NCBI GenBank assembly: GCA_965153455.1
Contig: OZ234493.1
Location: 30,370,213 to 30,434,212 of the forward strand
Reading direction: 5' to 3'
Length of the DNA stretch: 64,000 nt
DNA from: Sphagnum compactum
Taxonomy: Eukaryota
A program made the translations under genes and the position numbers. Shown here in pieces: positions 12,069-25,310 of the stretch; the first letter of the stretch is position 1, and the number at the start of each line of letters is the position of its first letter. Under the pieces are notes generated by a model that searched no databases, was not told the DNA's origin, and saw nothing but the letters and a program-made list of their open reading frames with translations.

Positions 12069-15000
12069 TCAACTCACTAGTTGGGTTTTTGAAAACACCA
12101 GAATAGAGGATACATTACCCAGGGCGGAAGCAGCAGATTCAACATGCTGCAACAGATAGTCATAGATCTTCTTCTTTAGTCTGGCTTTGGTATCCACTAA
12201 TTTGGCATCAAGCACTGCATTCTCCACCACACCCACCTGATCTAGCCAGTCATTAACTCTTTTCAGCTGTGACAATATGCCTGCAATGTGACAGTTCTCT
12301 TGTTGACTCATAACTATATCTGCCCCTTCCTCATAGCCTTTATTTGCAACCTGGAAGCCATTGTCAAGAGCTCCCTCCATAAATTCAAGGAACCAGCATT
12401 GTGCATCAGTCTCAAGCTGCTTTGCAAGCTCAGCTATCTCCATCATACCTTTTCCCTTAACCCAAGGGGATGCAATTGATGGAATAGGTGCCTTCACCTC
12501 CTTGCCCTGCATTTCAGGTGTGATCTTGCTTGTAGCTTTTGCATTGATCTTCCCTAGACCCAGTCTGCTACTGCTGTGCCGGGTTGTGGTCTGTACCAGT
12601 ACCTTTAATGGGGATTGTGGTCTCAACTCTGCAGCATCTCGCCTCCTCTCATTTCCAATCTGTGTCACAGATGACAAGGCTGTCCTAGCCTTGGGAGAAG
12701 ATGGGGTTGCTGATGCACATCTTGTGGTTAATGATGGTGAGGGACTGTGGACTCTTGGCAATAAACAAGGTGCCCCATCCACCACAACCATGAATTGTTG
12801 GTTTGTGGCCTTCTTAACAGAACTGCGAGCTCCACCTTCCTCGCTCTGCAGTGAGAATGATGCCAAGTCTGATGATAAGGCTGCATTCACCCATTCAGTT
12901 GCATGGTGTGACTTGTCTGCAACATCTTGAGCCTTTCCACAGGAGTTTTCTTTTGGAGCTTCTGCTGCAGTATCCAGATTACTCCTTGCACTGGTCAGTG
13001 CATCAGCCACTACTGCAGCATGCTTGAGAGACTGGTAAAGGCTTAAAAACTGCTCTACAGACTGCTGAGGAAACTCTGTCTTTGCACTTGAGCACAGCTG
13101 TGCAAACATACTGCACACAAACAATTACAGTGTTCACCCATGACAAGTTGATAGTTTGAACATGGATTGGCTGCTCTAACAAGATTGCACATTCCACACA
13201 GAAAATGACATCTAAACCCTGTAACTCATTTACCTACCAAGTCCTATCCATTGCTCAAAGTGAGAGACCCTACTGTTCTTCCCACTTTAACGAAGTGAAG
13301 TTTCTTAATTTCAAGAAAAAGTCCTCTGTGAACTTTGATAAATCCTTCATTTAATCTCAAGTCGATCCTACTGTGTGATCATGAAACCAAGATAGCATAA
13401 TTGTATGACGTGAGCTACAAAGGTTGAATCTAGTGTCTTATAACTTACCTGAGGCTTCGAAGTACACTCTCAGCTGCTGAAGCCTCTTGTAGAGCCTCGG
13501 CTGCAGCTACTGAGGCTGCATCTCTTGTTTGTAAAGCTTTCTGTAAGATTGCTCAAAAAATGTCAATATACCACATGGCAGTGATTGTAGCAAAGCTGGA
13601 AAGAACCCTACCAAACACAAACAACCTGTTGAAATCTTGACTGAGTGCCTGATCTGATCATAGAGAAGAAAGTCATGCAACAGAGTAAGCATTAGTAAGC
13701 AATACCAAGACTGCTCCTGTAATGATTACAAACAAACTCTTACTATGCATCGATGTGAGCCAATTGTGAAAAGCATGTTCATAGACAAATACAGTAGCAA
13801 CACTTAGCACTCTGCATATGCATCATTAATGATATTGCATGCATGCTCAAATTCTTCAATGCAAAGCCTGACTTGAGTCTTCTCTATTGTGCAACCAATG
13901 AGACATGGAGATTGCAGGAGAGCCCTTGCAGAAGCTTCTGCAAAAAAATTACCTTGCCCAATGATGCAAGTGATCCTGGAAGCGAACCCCACAAGACACT
14001 ACCGTCATCTGTCAATTTCGAGACAAAATCCCTCTCCTTGGTGCCAGTACTAGCTGGAGTAGGGTCTAGAGGTGAAGCAGGTCTCTTTTGAGCTGCACCA
14101 TTGATAACTTTGCTGTTTGATTTTGCAGGCACTGCTTTTGGTGATGCAGGTCCTTTGTCCAGTGAAACATTTGAGCTGAAGGGATTGACTCTCCTGGAAC
14201 AAGACACCTAAACAAGGCAGAAAACCAACAGTCAAGAGTGGAATCTACAAAATCCACTACCACACAAGGTAAAATATCCATCTCCAAGAAAGTCAAGAAA
14301 CCTCCAGAATTTCAGTTTGAGCCAGCATGAATAAAAATTTGTGGGAGGACACCTCCCTATAATAAGATGAGATTTCAGACCAAACACCAACAGACCAAAT
14401 TAGCAAACTGCAAGAGAACAACAACAAATGTGGTAAAGAATATAGTGGCAGTCTCTTGTATAACAGCATGTAGTGCAGTGACATCATGAGTTCCAGCAGT
14501 GGATACAGAGCAATGTAGAACATCAACAAACATATAGAATTTCTGTCCCAAATGGGCAGTAATGGGAAGAAGACTCAGCCATGATGCTGGCTAGTTTACA
14601 AACATGGAAGCAATGGAAACTCAAAGAAATCCAGGCAGAGAAGGTGGCACAAAGAAGAAAAGCAACAAAAGCAAGAGAGAAAAGAAAGTCCTTAGAGAAC
14701 AGACACTAAATACATTAGGTACAACCATATCAATATAAGAACGAAGTGGGCTTTGAAATGCCACCTGCGCAGAAGAATGACTAACTCATCATTTAGCAAC
14801 AAAGAAGGGTTTGTAACTATAGAGAGTTATACTGTACAAGAACAGCAACAAACATTGTTACTGCTTAAACCTTTAAAGTTTGGGCTTATTGGCCAACTTG
14901 AGAAATTGCAAGCGAAACTATTACAAGCACAATTTAGCTTGCAAGCAAGGTAAATCCACCAGATATTCAAATCTTGCAGGACTGATGAGATTTATATCAT

Positions 15001-17136
15001 CCTGCAGTCATTGTCTATTCTTCACCCTAAAGAAAGAAGCTGAAGATACTATTTCTTTTTCATATATCTTCAGAGGTATGTATTGAGAACTCTTGATACT
15101 GACAATTATTTACATCGACATAATACATGAATACAATTGAGATTGACCTTATGGAGATTTATATCTGCACAGCATAAACAGGAAAAACAGGAAAAGAAAA
15201 AACTGAAAGAAAGGGGCACAACCAAAAAAAAGCAGGCCCGGAAAGAAAACTACAGTCATGTGTTGCATCATGTTCAGTTTTCACTTCAGACCCAGGGATG
15301 AGGAAAACCAGACTTTGATGCATGCTCTGTCTCTGAAGAGAAGTCCAGTGAACAATGTAAGCATAATTCCAGTGCAAGAGAACCTCACATGGCACAGGTA
15401 TGACAGCCCCCCATAAGGAACACATTCTTTTCCTTTCACAACATACAAATGAATGAAGCTGTCCCACCCATTGTTCCAAGACATTTGGACTGTGAACCTA
15501 TGGTGACACCAGCTCCTAGAACCCATCTTAGGGGTAGAGCACTCACTGCACCGCGTGGGGATGAAAGCTTAAATGTGCTTTGCCATATCTGAGTACAGTC
15601 AATGAAGGAGGGTGAAGCACTTGCTAGTGAAAAGCTTGGTGAATCTTCATACTCCAGGAATGCCAAGAGAGTTGCAACAGAGACCAAAAACCCAATGAAA
15701 AATTTGGGCTTTGCACATTCTGAAATACACAGGAGTATGAGGGAGAAAACAGAGGGTTAGCTTACAGAGGACCAAAGAGCAGTCTTCACTTGTTCTTTGG
15801 CTTGCTTTGGAGTGGTGTGTTGGTCTTTGCTTTCCTTGGAACCACCATTGGCAGCTCCCTCCCAGCTTTTCCTTAAACACTTTGCAGTGACAGTAGTGAT
15901 GATATCTCCTCCTGATCGGCACCCGCCAGCTGCTATAGAGCGCCGCTTGCTGGAATCTACCACTTTCCCGGCGCTCACAGATCTTTTTGCGGTTGGAGAG
16001 AAGACAGCTTCTTCGTTAGACCTAGTCGAAGAAGCAGCTGCTGATTCCGCGTTGTAAGGGATCTTTCTATCTTCCGGGCATGCTATCACACTCCGTGACA
16101 ACAGACTTGCTCTGTCTCCTCCAGACGTCCTAGTCCTGTCTAGGAACAATGAACTGGCTGCACGGGATTGTAACTTCACAGAACTTGGCGAAGTAACCAT
16201 GCTCTTCTGCAGCTGGGTGGAGGTGCAGTGTGGAAAAACCTTCAAGGACTTGGCTGCTGCTCTTGGTCCTGAGTTTGATCTAGCTGCAACAGCTTCATCA
16301 TTTTTTCTGTCCTCGACAGCGCCTACTAGATTGCTGCTCTCCAGTGCTGCTGACAGATGGGATGATGATCTTCCACTCAGGGAGCAGCTGCTGCTTCGAG
16401 ACAGCCTTTCGGTGAGCTGCGCTCCAAAATCGTCTGCAGAGATTTCGATAGCCTTCATCTGATGCTGACTGCCGTTCTTCGCAGGCAAAGTAGTTGCAGC
16501 ATTGCTGCCTTCAGAAGGGAACAGGATCAGGCCCGGCTTCTTCGTGTGAGGAGCAGATGCTCCTGACTGTTCTGCAGCATTGAACTCTCCTGCAGAGGAC
16601 GCTGGATTTAACAACCTGCCCGACAAGCTCCGAGAGTAACCGTCAAGGCCAGCTCTCGTGATGGTGTCGGAGTTGCAGAGATCGGGGTGAATCAGATCAG
16701 GATGAATGGCAGCGGTCGCGTGGTCTCTGGAGGAGGTCGACGTCCTGCAGCTGCTAGCAGCGGTGGTAACGACTGTGGCAATGAGATCTTCGGGATTTCC
16801 TACGCACTGATGCCTGCCTGCAAGCGGCCTGACGCCTCGAAGGAGAGGAACTGGAGAGCCGGCTTCAAGCCTATCGACATGGATAAACTGGCCGAGCTGC
16901 AGTTTGTCACTCAATATGAGATCGTCATGCTCCTCCGCCAGTGTCACGTACGTCGCATGCGATGAGTCCGAGACTTTGATATAGAAACCCTGGTTCGGCC
17001 AGAGCTCACTTCCTGCAAGAGCAGGCACAATACTGATCACCTGCAGCAGTGCAGACCGATGCTCTCCCGTCACCTTCACGTCCGAGTTCATGTGCTGCAG
17101 GAGCTTCAAGAGAACACCAGGTGTTAACGTCGCCAT
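12069..17136 (-). CDS. DUF936 / CORD-family plant protein (putative microtubule-associated), 919 aa, or 933 aa with a 42-nt exon
   Basis: Exons 17136-15766, (15588-15547 probable), 14207-13953, 13540-13449, 13110-12069, frame-consistent. N-terminus [33 protein letters not shown]...[15 protein letters not shown]...[13 protein letters not shown] is DUF936. C-terminal [27 protein letters not shown] and [25 protein letters not shown] motifs. Confidence 0.93.
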
Positions 17137-19350
17137 GATCACACGTTCTTCTCCTCCTCCTCCTCCTCCTCCTCCGTCAATCAAAATTTTAAATAACAAT
17201 GCTCTCAATTTCTTCTGGAGATCGACTTGCTGGCGAATTCAGGATGCGGCGCTCTGGAAGGCAATCGATCAATGCTTCGGCATCATCAGAGAATTTCGAC
17301 GAGCCTCGAGGTGAACTTCTCGCTGTCACGGAATCACGAGGTCGTCCATTCGTTTACAGCGTCCACGACGTCCGAGTTTCTCGCAACCACGCCATTATTC
17401 GATCTCTACCTACAAGAGACTGCACATTCGACCGACAACGACGATGGCATCGTTTTCTGGAGGAGCAAGAACTTGCAAGAAAACGCAAGAAAAAGACGCC
17501 TGCAGGGAACAACTTATACTAAGTCTTCAATGCATTGTCGGAATCGCGGCGCACGGCAGGAGCGAGAAAGTTTCAGAAGCAAACAAACGCGACGGAGAAG
17601 AATGCACATCTATCAAAGCAGCCGAACAATCACCGAACTGCACAATCGGAAAGAATGACTCGAGAGACCAGCAGCAGGCTTCCTCCAGAGTACTACTACT
17701 GGCATACAAACTTGCCGCTCGAGCGGAAAAATTCTGGCACTAACGTCGAAAAATTCCGTCACAAAATTCATTGAATAATCTTCGTGAAAACAACGAAAGA
17801 CACACAGAAGAGGCTTGAGCACAGCAAACAACAACAGACCTTCTTATGCCATGATGCCCGCACACGAGGTTCAGGGAGCTCCTCCAAACAAGAGCAGAAA
17901 TCGCCACAGAGCTCCGAAATGCAGAAATTTTGGATTGAACGGAAGATCCTTCCTAGCGGATCCGCCTCGAAAACACTGCCGATCATCATCTTCGAGAAAT
18001 CGCGAGGATTACTAGCAAATCTCAGCAACTCGAGAGAGCCGACGCAAGCAAGCGCTTGGCGGTGCCCGAAGAAGCTCCTTCTTCATTTGGCAGACCTACG
18101 CCTATCATCCTACAAATAGGTAGCTAGCATATGTCGTATAAATACGAAGAATCCTACTCTCTACGCCTACGCCTACGTATGTATCTAGAATTGTCTACGA
18201 ATATGTACATATATTTCATTCTTTTTCCTGAAATTGTCATAATGAAACGTTGGGTAAATTAAAGGTAAGAAAACTTACCCGTTCAGGTAAAAAGAGGGAA
18301 ATTTACTGGGGTATAAAAATCCAAATAGGGGTCTACCTATTTCCCCCCTTCCCCCCCCCCCCCCCCCCCCCCCCAAAACTCAATTTTAAGGATAAAATAA
18401 AATAAAATCAGAAAACCAAAGAATCCTAAAATGTGAGAAATTACATAACTTTTGGTTTATTGAACCTTTGAAAAAAAAAAAAATTTTAAAGAACTGAAAG
18501 CCAAGAAATTCTAAAATGTAAATAATTACATCACTTTTGGCTTATTGGACATTTTAGCTCCATAAAAAATAGTAAACCTGAAAACCAAAAATAAATAAAA
18601 ATCCTAGAACGCAAGAAATTACATCACTACTTTTTGGTTTTATTTGATCTTTGAACTCAGAATAATTTTTTAAAAGGACCCTGAAATTTTTTTTAATCCT
18701 AGAATGTGTGATGATATTACTTTGCTTTTGATTTATTTGAATTTTGAATTTCCTGAAATTTTTTTGTTTGAGCAAGTGAGAATATGTATTTTGAAAATAT
18801 ACACAATTATTTATGTAGAATGGGACTCTTTGGTTACACCCCCCCCCCCCCCCAAAAAAAATCACAAAGAAATATGATCAAACTTTGGACACTCCCCCCA
18901 ATAGATCTATTGTAGTATTTTCCTTTGGCCTATGTACAAAGGTTTACAAGAGTGCTAAGAACTTTTGGGCAAAGGATATTTCATGAGATTTAGTATGGGG
19001 ATATTTGGGAACACTTGAGGCACGCCTTGAAAACAACAAATAGGAACTATTGGGAACTTTATGAGAACACATTGAGAACGTGTTGAGAACTATGTGGAAC
19101 AAAGTGGGAAATTCACAATCCAAAAACATTTCTCAAAACCATGCCTATTCCATTCCTACAATATTTCATGGATTTACACTTAATGAAAGAAAAATCCCAT
19201 GTTGGGTTAACAATTTTGTTTTGCTAGGGTTTCATTCTTCACATAATTCTTTGCTTTGCTTCACCTATCACCTTCTTCACATGAAAAGGTCCCCAAAAAA
19301 ACTCATATAAAATCAATCTAACTAAAAGTGGACAACTTTGATGATTTTGT

Positions 19351-19400
19351 GAGTTTTAGGGTTTAGGGGTTTAGGGTTTTAGGCAATTAACAATGTTGGG
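19351..19400. repeat. Short interstitial telomere-like (TTTAGGG)n tract
   Basis: ttttagggtttaggggtttagggttttagg. Similar short tracts at about 4478-4512, 22001-22030 and 24511-24545. Confidence 0.55.
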
Positions 19401-20240
19401 TTTTAAATGTTAGGGTTTAAAATTTGCTTTTCCCCCAGTCTCAACTAGTAAAAAAAATACTAAATACCTAGAATGCCCCACCTAGCTCCGACACCTTCTT
19501 CATCTGATTTGTAAAATGCATGTGTCCAAAGAAGATCCGAGGACACTTCCTTTCCTTTTGATTAAAGTAGAAAGAACCAAAGGCTTTTGTTTTTTTTGGC
19601 TGAAGCCAATAGAGATGCTCTCCCAATTAAATAGGGCTTCCAAACTTTACCCAAAGAAAAAAGGTTGGTCAAAAGGAATGATGATGTTGTTGTTGTTGTT
19701 GTTGGAAATTCTTGTACCTACATGTTTAGCTTTCTATGTGTATGTGTTTTCTTTGTATGATTTCATTTGGAACCCAAAAAAACTTGTTCGTATGATTCTT
19801 TTTTTGGCCATTTCTTAAGTGAAAATAAAAGAATAACCATCATGTACAAATGGTACACCTTAGAAGAGATTCCAAGTCCGCATATAAAGGGAAAGAAAGA
19901 GAAATTCTTCTCAAAAAAAAAAACAAAACCCATATGAAGAAGAAGAAGGCTAGTATCCTTTAGAATAAAAATCCAAATGTTGTTGCTTTCCATGGGTGGG
20001 GGGAAGGGGGGGGGGGAAATCAAATTAAAAATGTATCATAGTATCTATAACCATAATAATAATAATGAAGAAAAGGCCTGTTTACAGACTGATGATTCTT
20101 TTTCAGACTTTTTCTTTGTCCCGTATTTCTGCAGTTCTTGCAGAACATGGGAACATGGTTCAGAGGGTTTTTTGTGTCTGAGTTTGCACAGGTTGGTGAT
20201 CATTACTATGTAAGCTAAAATAATAAAATATAAACCCCTT

Positions 20241-20499
20241 TCCTTATTTGATTATGCTTCACGCGATAAGGAAAAGGTTTTGGGAACTTGATGATGTTCA
20301 AGTAAGTGTCCTTCTCTTTCCTTATTTGATATGCTTCTCGTGATAGGAAAGGGTTTGGGGAACTTGATTATGTTTGAGTAAGTGTCCTCCTCTTTCCTTA
20401 TTTGAGATGCTTCTCGTGATAGGAAAGGGTTTGGGAACTTGATGATGATGTTCAAGTAAGTGTCCTCTCCTTTTCCTTATTTGATATGCTTCTTGCAAC
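20241..20499. repeat. Minisatellite, ~77-bp unit x3.3
   Basis: Units begin TCCTTATTTGA at 20241, 20319, 20395 and 20474. Confidence 0.9.
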
Positions 20500-22259
20500 A
20501 GGAGAGAGAGAGAGAGAGGGGGTTTGAGAACTCAATTGATGTTCCCCTTGTGGTTGGCTCTCTTAGGCGGTTTATTTGTGTTCTTGGACATGGGTCCTTC
20601 CATTTTGTTCCTTGTATTCTCTCTTTTTTATAGGTGCTTTGGTTTTTTTTCTTTAAGTTTTTTAAAAAAATTATTGGGGTTATCATGGGGCATTTTTTCA
20701 TCAATTCTCTTTTATACATTTTGACAAATTTTTTATTTAAAAAATCATCAATTGATGCTAAATTTTATTTAGGATGGTGGCCAAAATGCCATGTCAGAAA
20801 AAAAAAATATTAAAAAAATATATATTATTATTATTATAAACACTGATGCCCAATGCCAATACAATAGAGATGCAGGAAACTCGAGTACAAGCCAATGGCA
20901 GGGCTATGTTTGTTGGATGTCAATTCTATTGGGTACAAAGTTGTTCATCATACCAACAACAGACATGATGTCAGGCAAGAGAGAGTGGAACCCAGAGAGA
21001 GAGATGCGTGCACACGCGCACACATGCACTCACACATATTCACATGGTAGCGTAACGTAATGCAGTTTGTTGGCCTTGCCCACCAACGCAAGGATAATTG
21101 TGTTTAGATTCATTATAGAGTATAATAGTAGCTCAAGGGATTTTGGCCCCTACTAGGTAATAATAATAATAATAGATCTATTTTTATATGAGGATTTTTG
21201 AAAGATGATATTTTGGCTTGTGTTGAAACTTGAGATCAGTTATAGAGTTATAATATCTTGAATTATTTTGGTTTCTTTTAGAGGATTTTTTTGAAGATTA
21301 TATTTTTGCATGGTGAAAATATTTGAGTTTCCATAATTCTTCTTTTGCCTTAAGATACTTTTTAATGTAAATGCCAAGGCAACACTAGTGTGACACACCC
21401 CCTTGTTAGCCAAGTATTGGTTAACCCAAGTCATGTTCATGTTCTAGTTTCATGTGTTTGCATCCATGCTTTGTAACTATACCTCCAAATACACTAAAAA
21501 TTTTCTGGAAGGTTTTTATGACATTAGAACAACAGAGGAGGATGATGATGATGTGGGATGATCTTTGTCTTGACATTTGCCTCCATTGTGCCAAGCTATA
21601 TGATGTGGAGTAGGTCTATTACATCATGGTGGTGGTGGTGGTGGTGGTGGCTTCATAGATGAAGTAATAAACCTCCTCCTAGTCGTGGATTTTTTTCATC
21701 CTTAATGTGACAAACAAAGGGTAGATCATCTGACTTGTATGTCAGATATCAAAAGGGGTTGCATGTTTTGGGAGTTTGCCAAAGGGGGAGGGGAGAAAGG
21801 ATCAAGCACACACACCATTATAACTCAATGCTCTCTGTCCTCTTTGACTAGTGGTCATCATAGACAAAATATATTACAAGGTGAGCTGAGCTGAGCTGAA
21901 AATGTGTGTCATCAAGACCAAATGCCTCCACTACTATGTGATTGTTGGGTGTGGCCTTTTTGACCTATAATGATCGAGGAATGAATAAAACCTTTTTTGG
22001 TTTAGAGTTTAGGGTTTAAACCCCAAACCCGAACCTCACATGGGGAGGGTAATTGTTTTGAAAAGGGTAAATAAAGGATATATGTCAAAGTCATTAGACA
22101 TATCCATAAAATGATGCCTAGTCTTTTGTCCCTTTTCATCCTCATTTGGTCATCTCACCCTCACTTTATAATTATCTTTAAAGTCTCCCAAACTAGGACC
22201 CAAAGCTCCAAAGTAGGGATGAGCTATTCAAAATTTTGACCACAATTTCTTTTTTTTTT

Positions 22260-22745
22260 ACATGCCTTAAAACCTTATGCCTACCTAAAGGGCCTACTTA
22301 CCTCAATTACGGACCTACTTAGACTACTCACCCACCTACCTAGTGTACCTACCTATGCTAATTAACCACCTATCTGCCTATTTGGACTACCTACCCACTT
22401 ATTATCTTATCAAGATACAAACTTACCTACCCATCTACTTAATGTACCTACCTACTTAGGCTACCTACCCAACTACCTAGCATACCTACTTACCTACATA
22501 GGTTACATATTAAACTTCTTAGGTTACCAACTTACATACCCTCCTAGGCTACTTAACTACTTAAGCTACTTACTTACATACATACCTACCTAGGCTAATT
22601 ATCTAGGTTACCAACCTACCAACTCACCTAAACTACTTGCTTACATAAGCTAGCTAACTTACCTATTTACTTACCCATCTATGTAACCACCTACCTAGAT
22701 TACCTACTCACCTAGGCTACCTTCATACTTTGACTATCCACCTAG
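22260..22745. repeat. Degenerate (CCTA/CTAC)n-rich low-complexity repeat
   Basis: Dense ctacctac/ttacctac motifs. Similar patches at about 2550-2630 and 28020-28160. Confidence 0.7.
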
Positions 22746-23710
22746 GAAGGCCTTCACACAAGGTGGGAAACACAAACAGGGGATCAAACTAGTTTGAGTT
22801 TAAGTTTAGGAACCCTTTCTTTTCCCAATGGGAATTTTTTATTTATTTATACAATTGCTTAAAAAAATTTCTTTTGGGTATAAGAAACATCCCCTTGTGT
22901 ATGAAGCCATTGTGGAATCGATGAAATGGAACCCTTTAAGTTCTAAATAAATATTGGGGATGATATGTTATTTATTTATTTTTCAAATTTCCATTTTAGT
23001 AGTAAAAATAATAATTTAAGAAAACTTGACACTAAATATACTCAGCTTCTTTGGCAGGTTTTCTATAGACTTTGAACTTCTAACATAATGAGACCTTTAC
23101 AATGATTTTTTATAAATTTTCTTTTTTTTGCTTTTTCTTTTTTTTTGCAAAAATGGGTCCATCAAATTATAGGATTAAAAAAATGTTGTCAATTATTGGA
23201 TCCTTGCTTTACAAATGGTGAATTGGCATGCCACAAGAAGCTCTTGAGTTTCCATCAATTTTTTATTTTTTTGTGTGTGTTTTTATAATTTTCTTTGAAT
23301 TTTAACATTTGAAACAAATTATTTTCAAAAATAATTTAATTATCACTGAACTTGGAAAGGTACTAAAGGGGGCATAATGTGGGCCTTGCAACTAAGCAAA
23401 TGACAAATTGTCAAGAGAGGTCGAGCCACAAATTGTACATTTTGCTTAAGGTGGTTGGTCTCAAGCTTATCCAACGTATTTTGGTAGACGGGGAAAAGTG
23501 GTGGTAGTTGAGGTTGGGCGGGACAAGGTATGGGTGTGAGAAATTTGAAGGAAAGGCGGCCATCAAAAGGGGCAAGAAAAATGGCAAGAAAAAGGGCGTT
23601 GTGTTGTTGTTGCCACGCTAATAATTTCCATGCCATGTTCCCTCTTTATTAGTACTCTTTACTAAAAAAGAGGGAACCCTGGCTGAGAATTTTTTGGGAG
23701 CGCCACTATA

Positions 23711-23920
23711 TTAACCCTCGTGTAGCTTGCATGAGGTTTGGGCAAAAGACAATACAAACAATAGCTAACTCCATAGTTTAATTAACCACGGTGTAGCTTG
23801 CATGAGGTTTGGGCAAAAGACAATACAACAATAGCTAACTCCATAGTTTACTTAACCCGGGTGTAGCTTGCATGAGGTTTGGGCAAAAGACAATACAACA
23901 ATAGCTAACTCCATAGTTTA
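23711..23920. repeat. Near-perfect tandem repeat, 70-71-bp unit x3
   Basis: TTAACCNNNGTGTAGCTTGCATGAGGTTTGGGCAAAAGACAATACAACAATAGCTAACTCCATAGTTTA units at 23711, 23782 and 23852. Confidence 0.95.
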
Positions 23921-25089
23921 AGGTTAGCTATGAGGTGCACCCGAGGCTAGCCAACATTGAAATTCAAATTAAGGCCCCTAAAATCACCACCCAAACTCGC
24001 AAAATAATATTCCCATGATGCATCTTCCTATTTCCTATGAATTCAATTCTTGTTATTATTATAGGTAGTCCCCCCTACCCCCCCAAAATCATTTTTTGGG
24101 GGCATCTTTTGTGACAACGTCAAATCAAACAATTGGAGGGAGGATACGAGGATACCCAAGATTAGGTAGTATACGAATTCACACAACCCAAGGGAAGCAA
24201 AAATCATGCTCTCCAAAGGTTTCATTTGGGAGGTGGTTTGCTATTATTGAGTTACAGTCATGATATGATGCCATGGGTACCAAAAAAAAACACAATCAGC
24301 CCTACTTAAATAGGAATGGCGGAACCTGGAATATGGGAATGAATAAGGAACATGATAGTGCACATTGGGCAAGTTTTTTTTTTCTTTAAAAAATTCTCAA
24401 GTGATGAAATTGAACCTAACCTATAATTTGCACTACAAAAAATCACCACCTTAGGTCTTTGGTAAAGTTTGCTACCAAAATTTCCTGGTGTAAAGAACTA
24501 GTAGATGATGAAACCCTAATCTTAGGTAAACCCTAAACCCTAAAACCAAAGCAACCCAAAAGGGGGAAAACAAGGAACAAAATGGAAGGACTCAATCAAG
24601 TCCAAGAAAGGACAAATGAATGAATCGCCTAAACTGAAAATCTTGCAACAAAGGGAGTCTTCATTCCATGGAGAGATCAAGTCTTAAAATTTCTATGAAA
24701 ATGACATCAGTTTGAAGGTAGGTATGTCTATTACTTTGGAGGTAAATATTATAAACGCTTGGCAATTAAATTATGCTCACAAAACATCTTGAAAAAATTT
24801 ATTTTGGAAGAGAAAAAAGGCATTTGAAAATATAGTTGAACATTCTTTGCATTATGAATGATTTTATGTATTTATTGATAATTAAAAAATATTACCATAT
24901 GTATGTATAAATAACAATAGATGTTGACATTCCTCCCATTTATAACTTGCACTCAACACAATTGACACATTTATCTATGAAGGAAGGTAGTTTGTTTGTT
25001 TTGTTGTGTACTTATGAGATCCACCGAACTGGGATGCTTCAGATTGTGTTCTTGGTCTCTTTGGAAAGCTCTCAAGAAGGAGGACAGGT

Positions 25090-25310
25090 TTTAACTTTTA
25101 AAAAGTTATGAGGTTTGAAAGTAGGAGAGGTCGAAAGAAAATAAGAAGGAAAAAAAAAAATCGCATTTTGTAAGTTGAAAACCTTATTTTTCTTCTTGTT
25201 ATTTTTTCATTAATCTTTTTTCCTTTGCACTTGAAAGAAGAATTCTAGAGCTTGAGGTAGTGCTCTTGTAACATTTTAAATCGCTCAAAGTGAAGCACAT
25301 TTGATGATAT
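25090..25310 (-). repeat. Dispersed repeat fragment, inverted homologue of ~860-1060
   Basis: AAAGTTATGAGGTTTGAAAGTA...TTTTGTAAGTTG...GCTTGA.GTAGTG..C...TAACATTTTAAATC.CTCAAA matches the reverse complement of the internal segment of the CACTA element. Confidence 0.75.

Noticed and set aside
12361..12930. 189-aa plus-strand ORF and other antisense ORFs over coding exons
   Set aside because: Antisense shadows of the real exons, with no recognisable domain.
17137..18119. Extension of the DUF936 ORF and several plus-strand ORFs of 70-140 aa
   Set aside because: DUF936 homology starts at MATLTPG. The rest is a GC-rich leader producing chance ORFs.
23711..23920. CRISPR-like repeat
   Set aside because: A plain tandem repeat with only 4-5 variable nt and no spacers.
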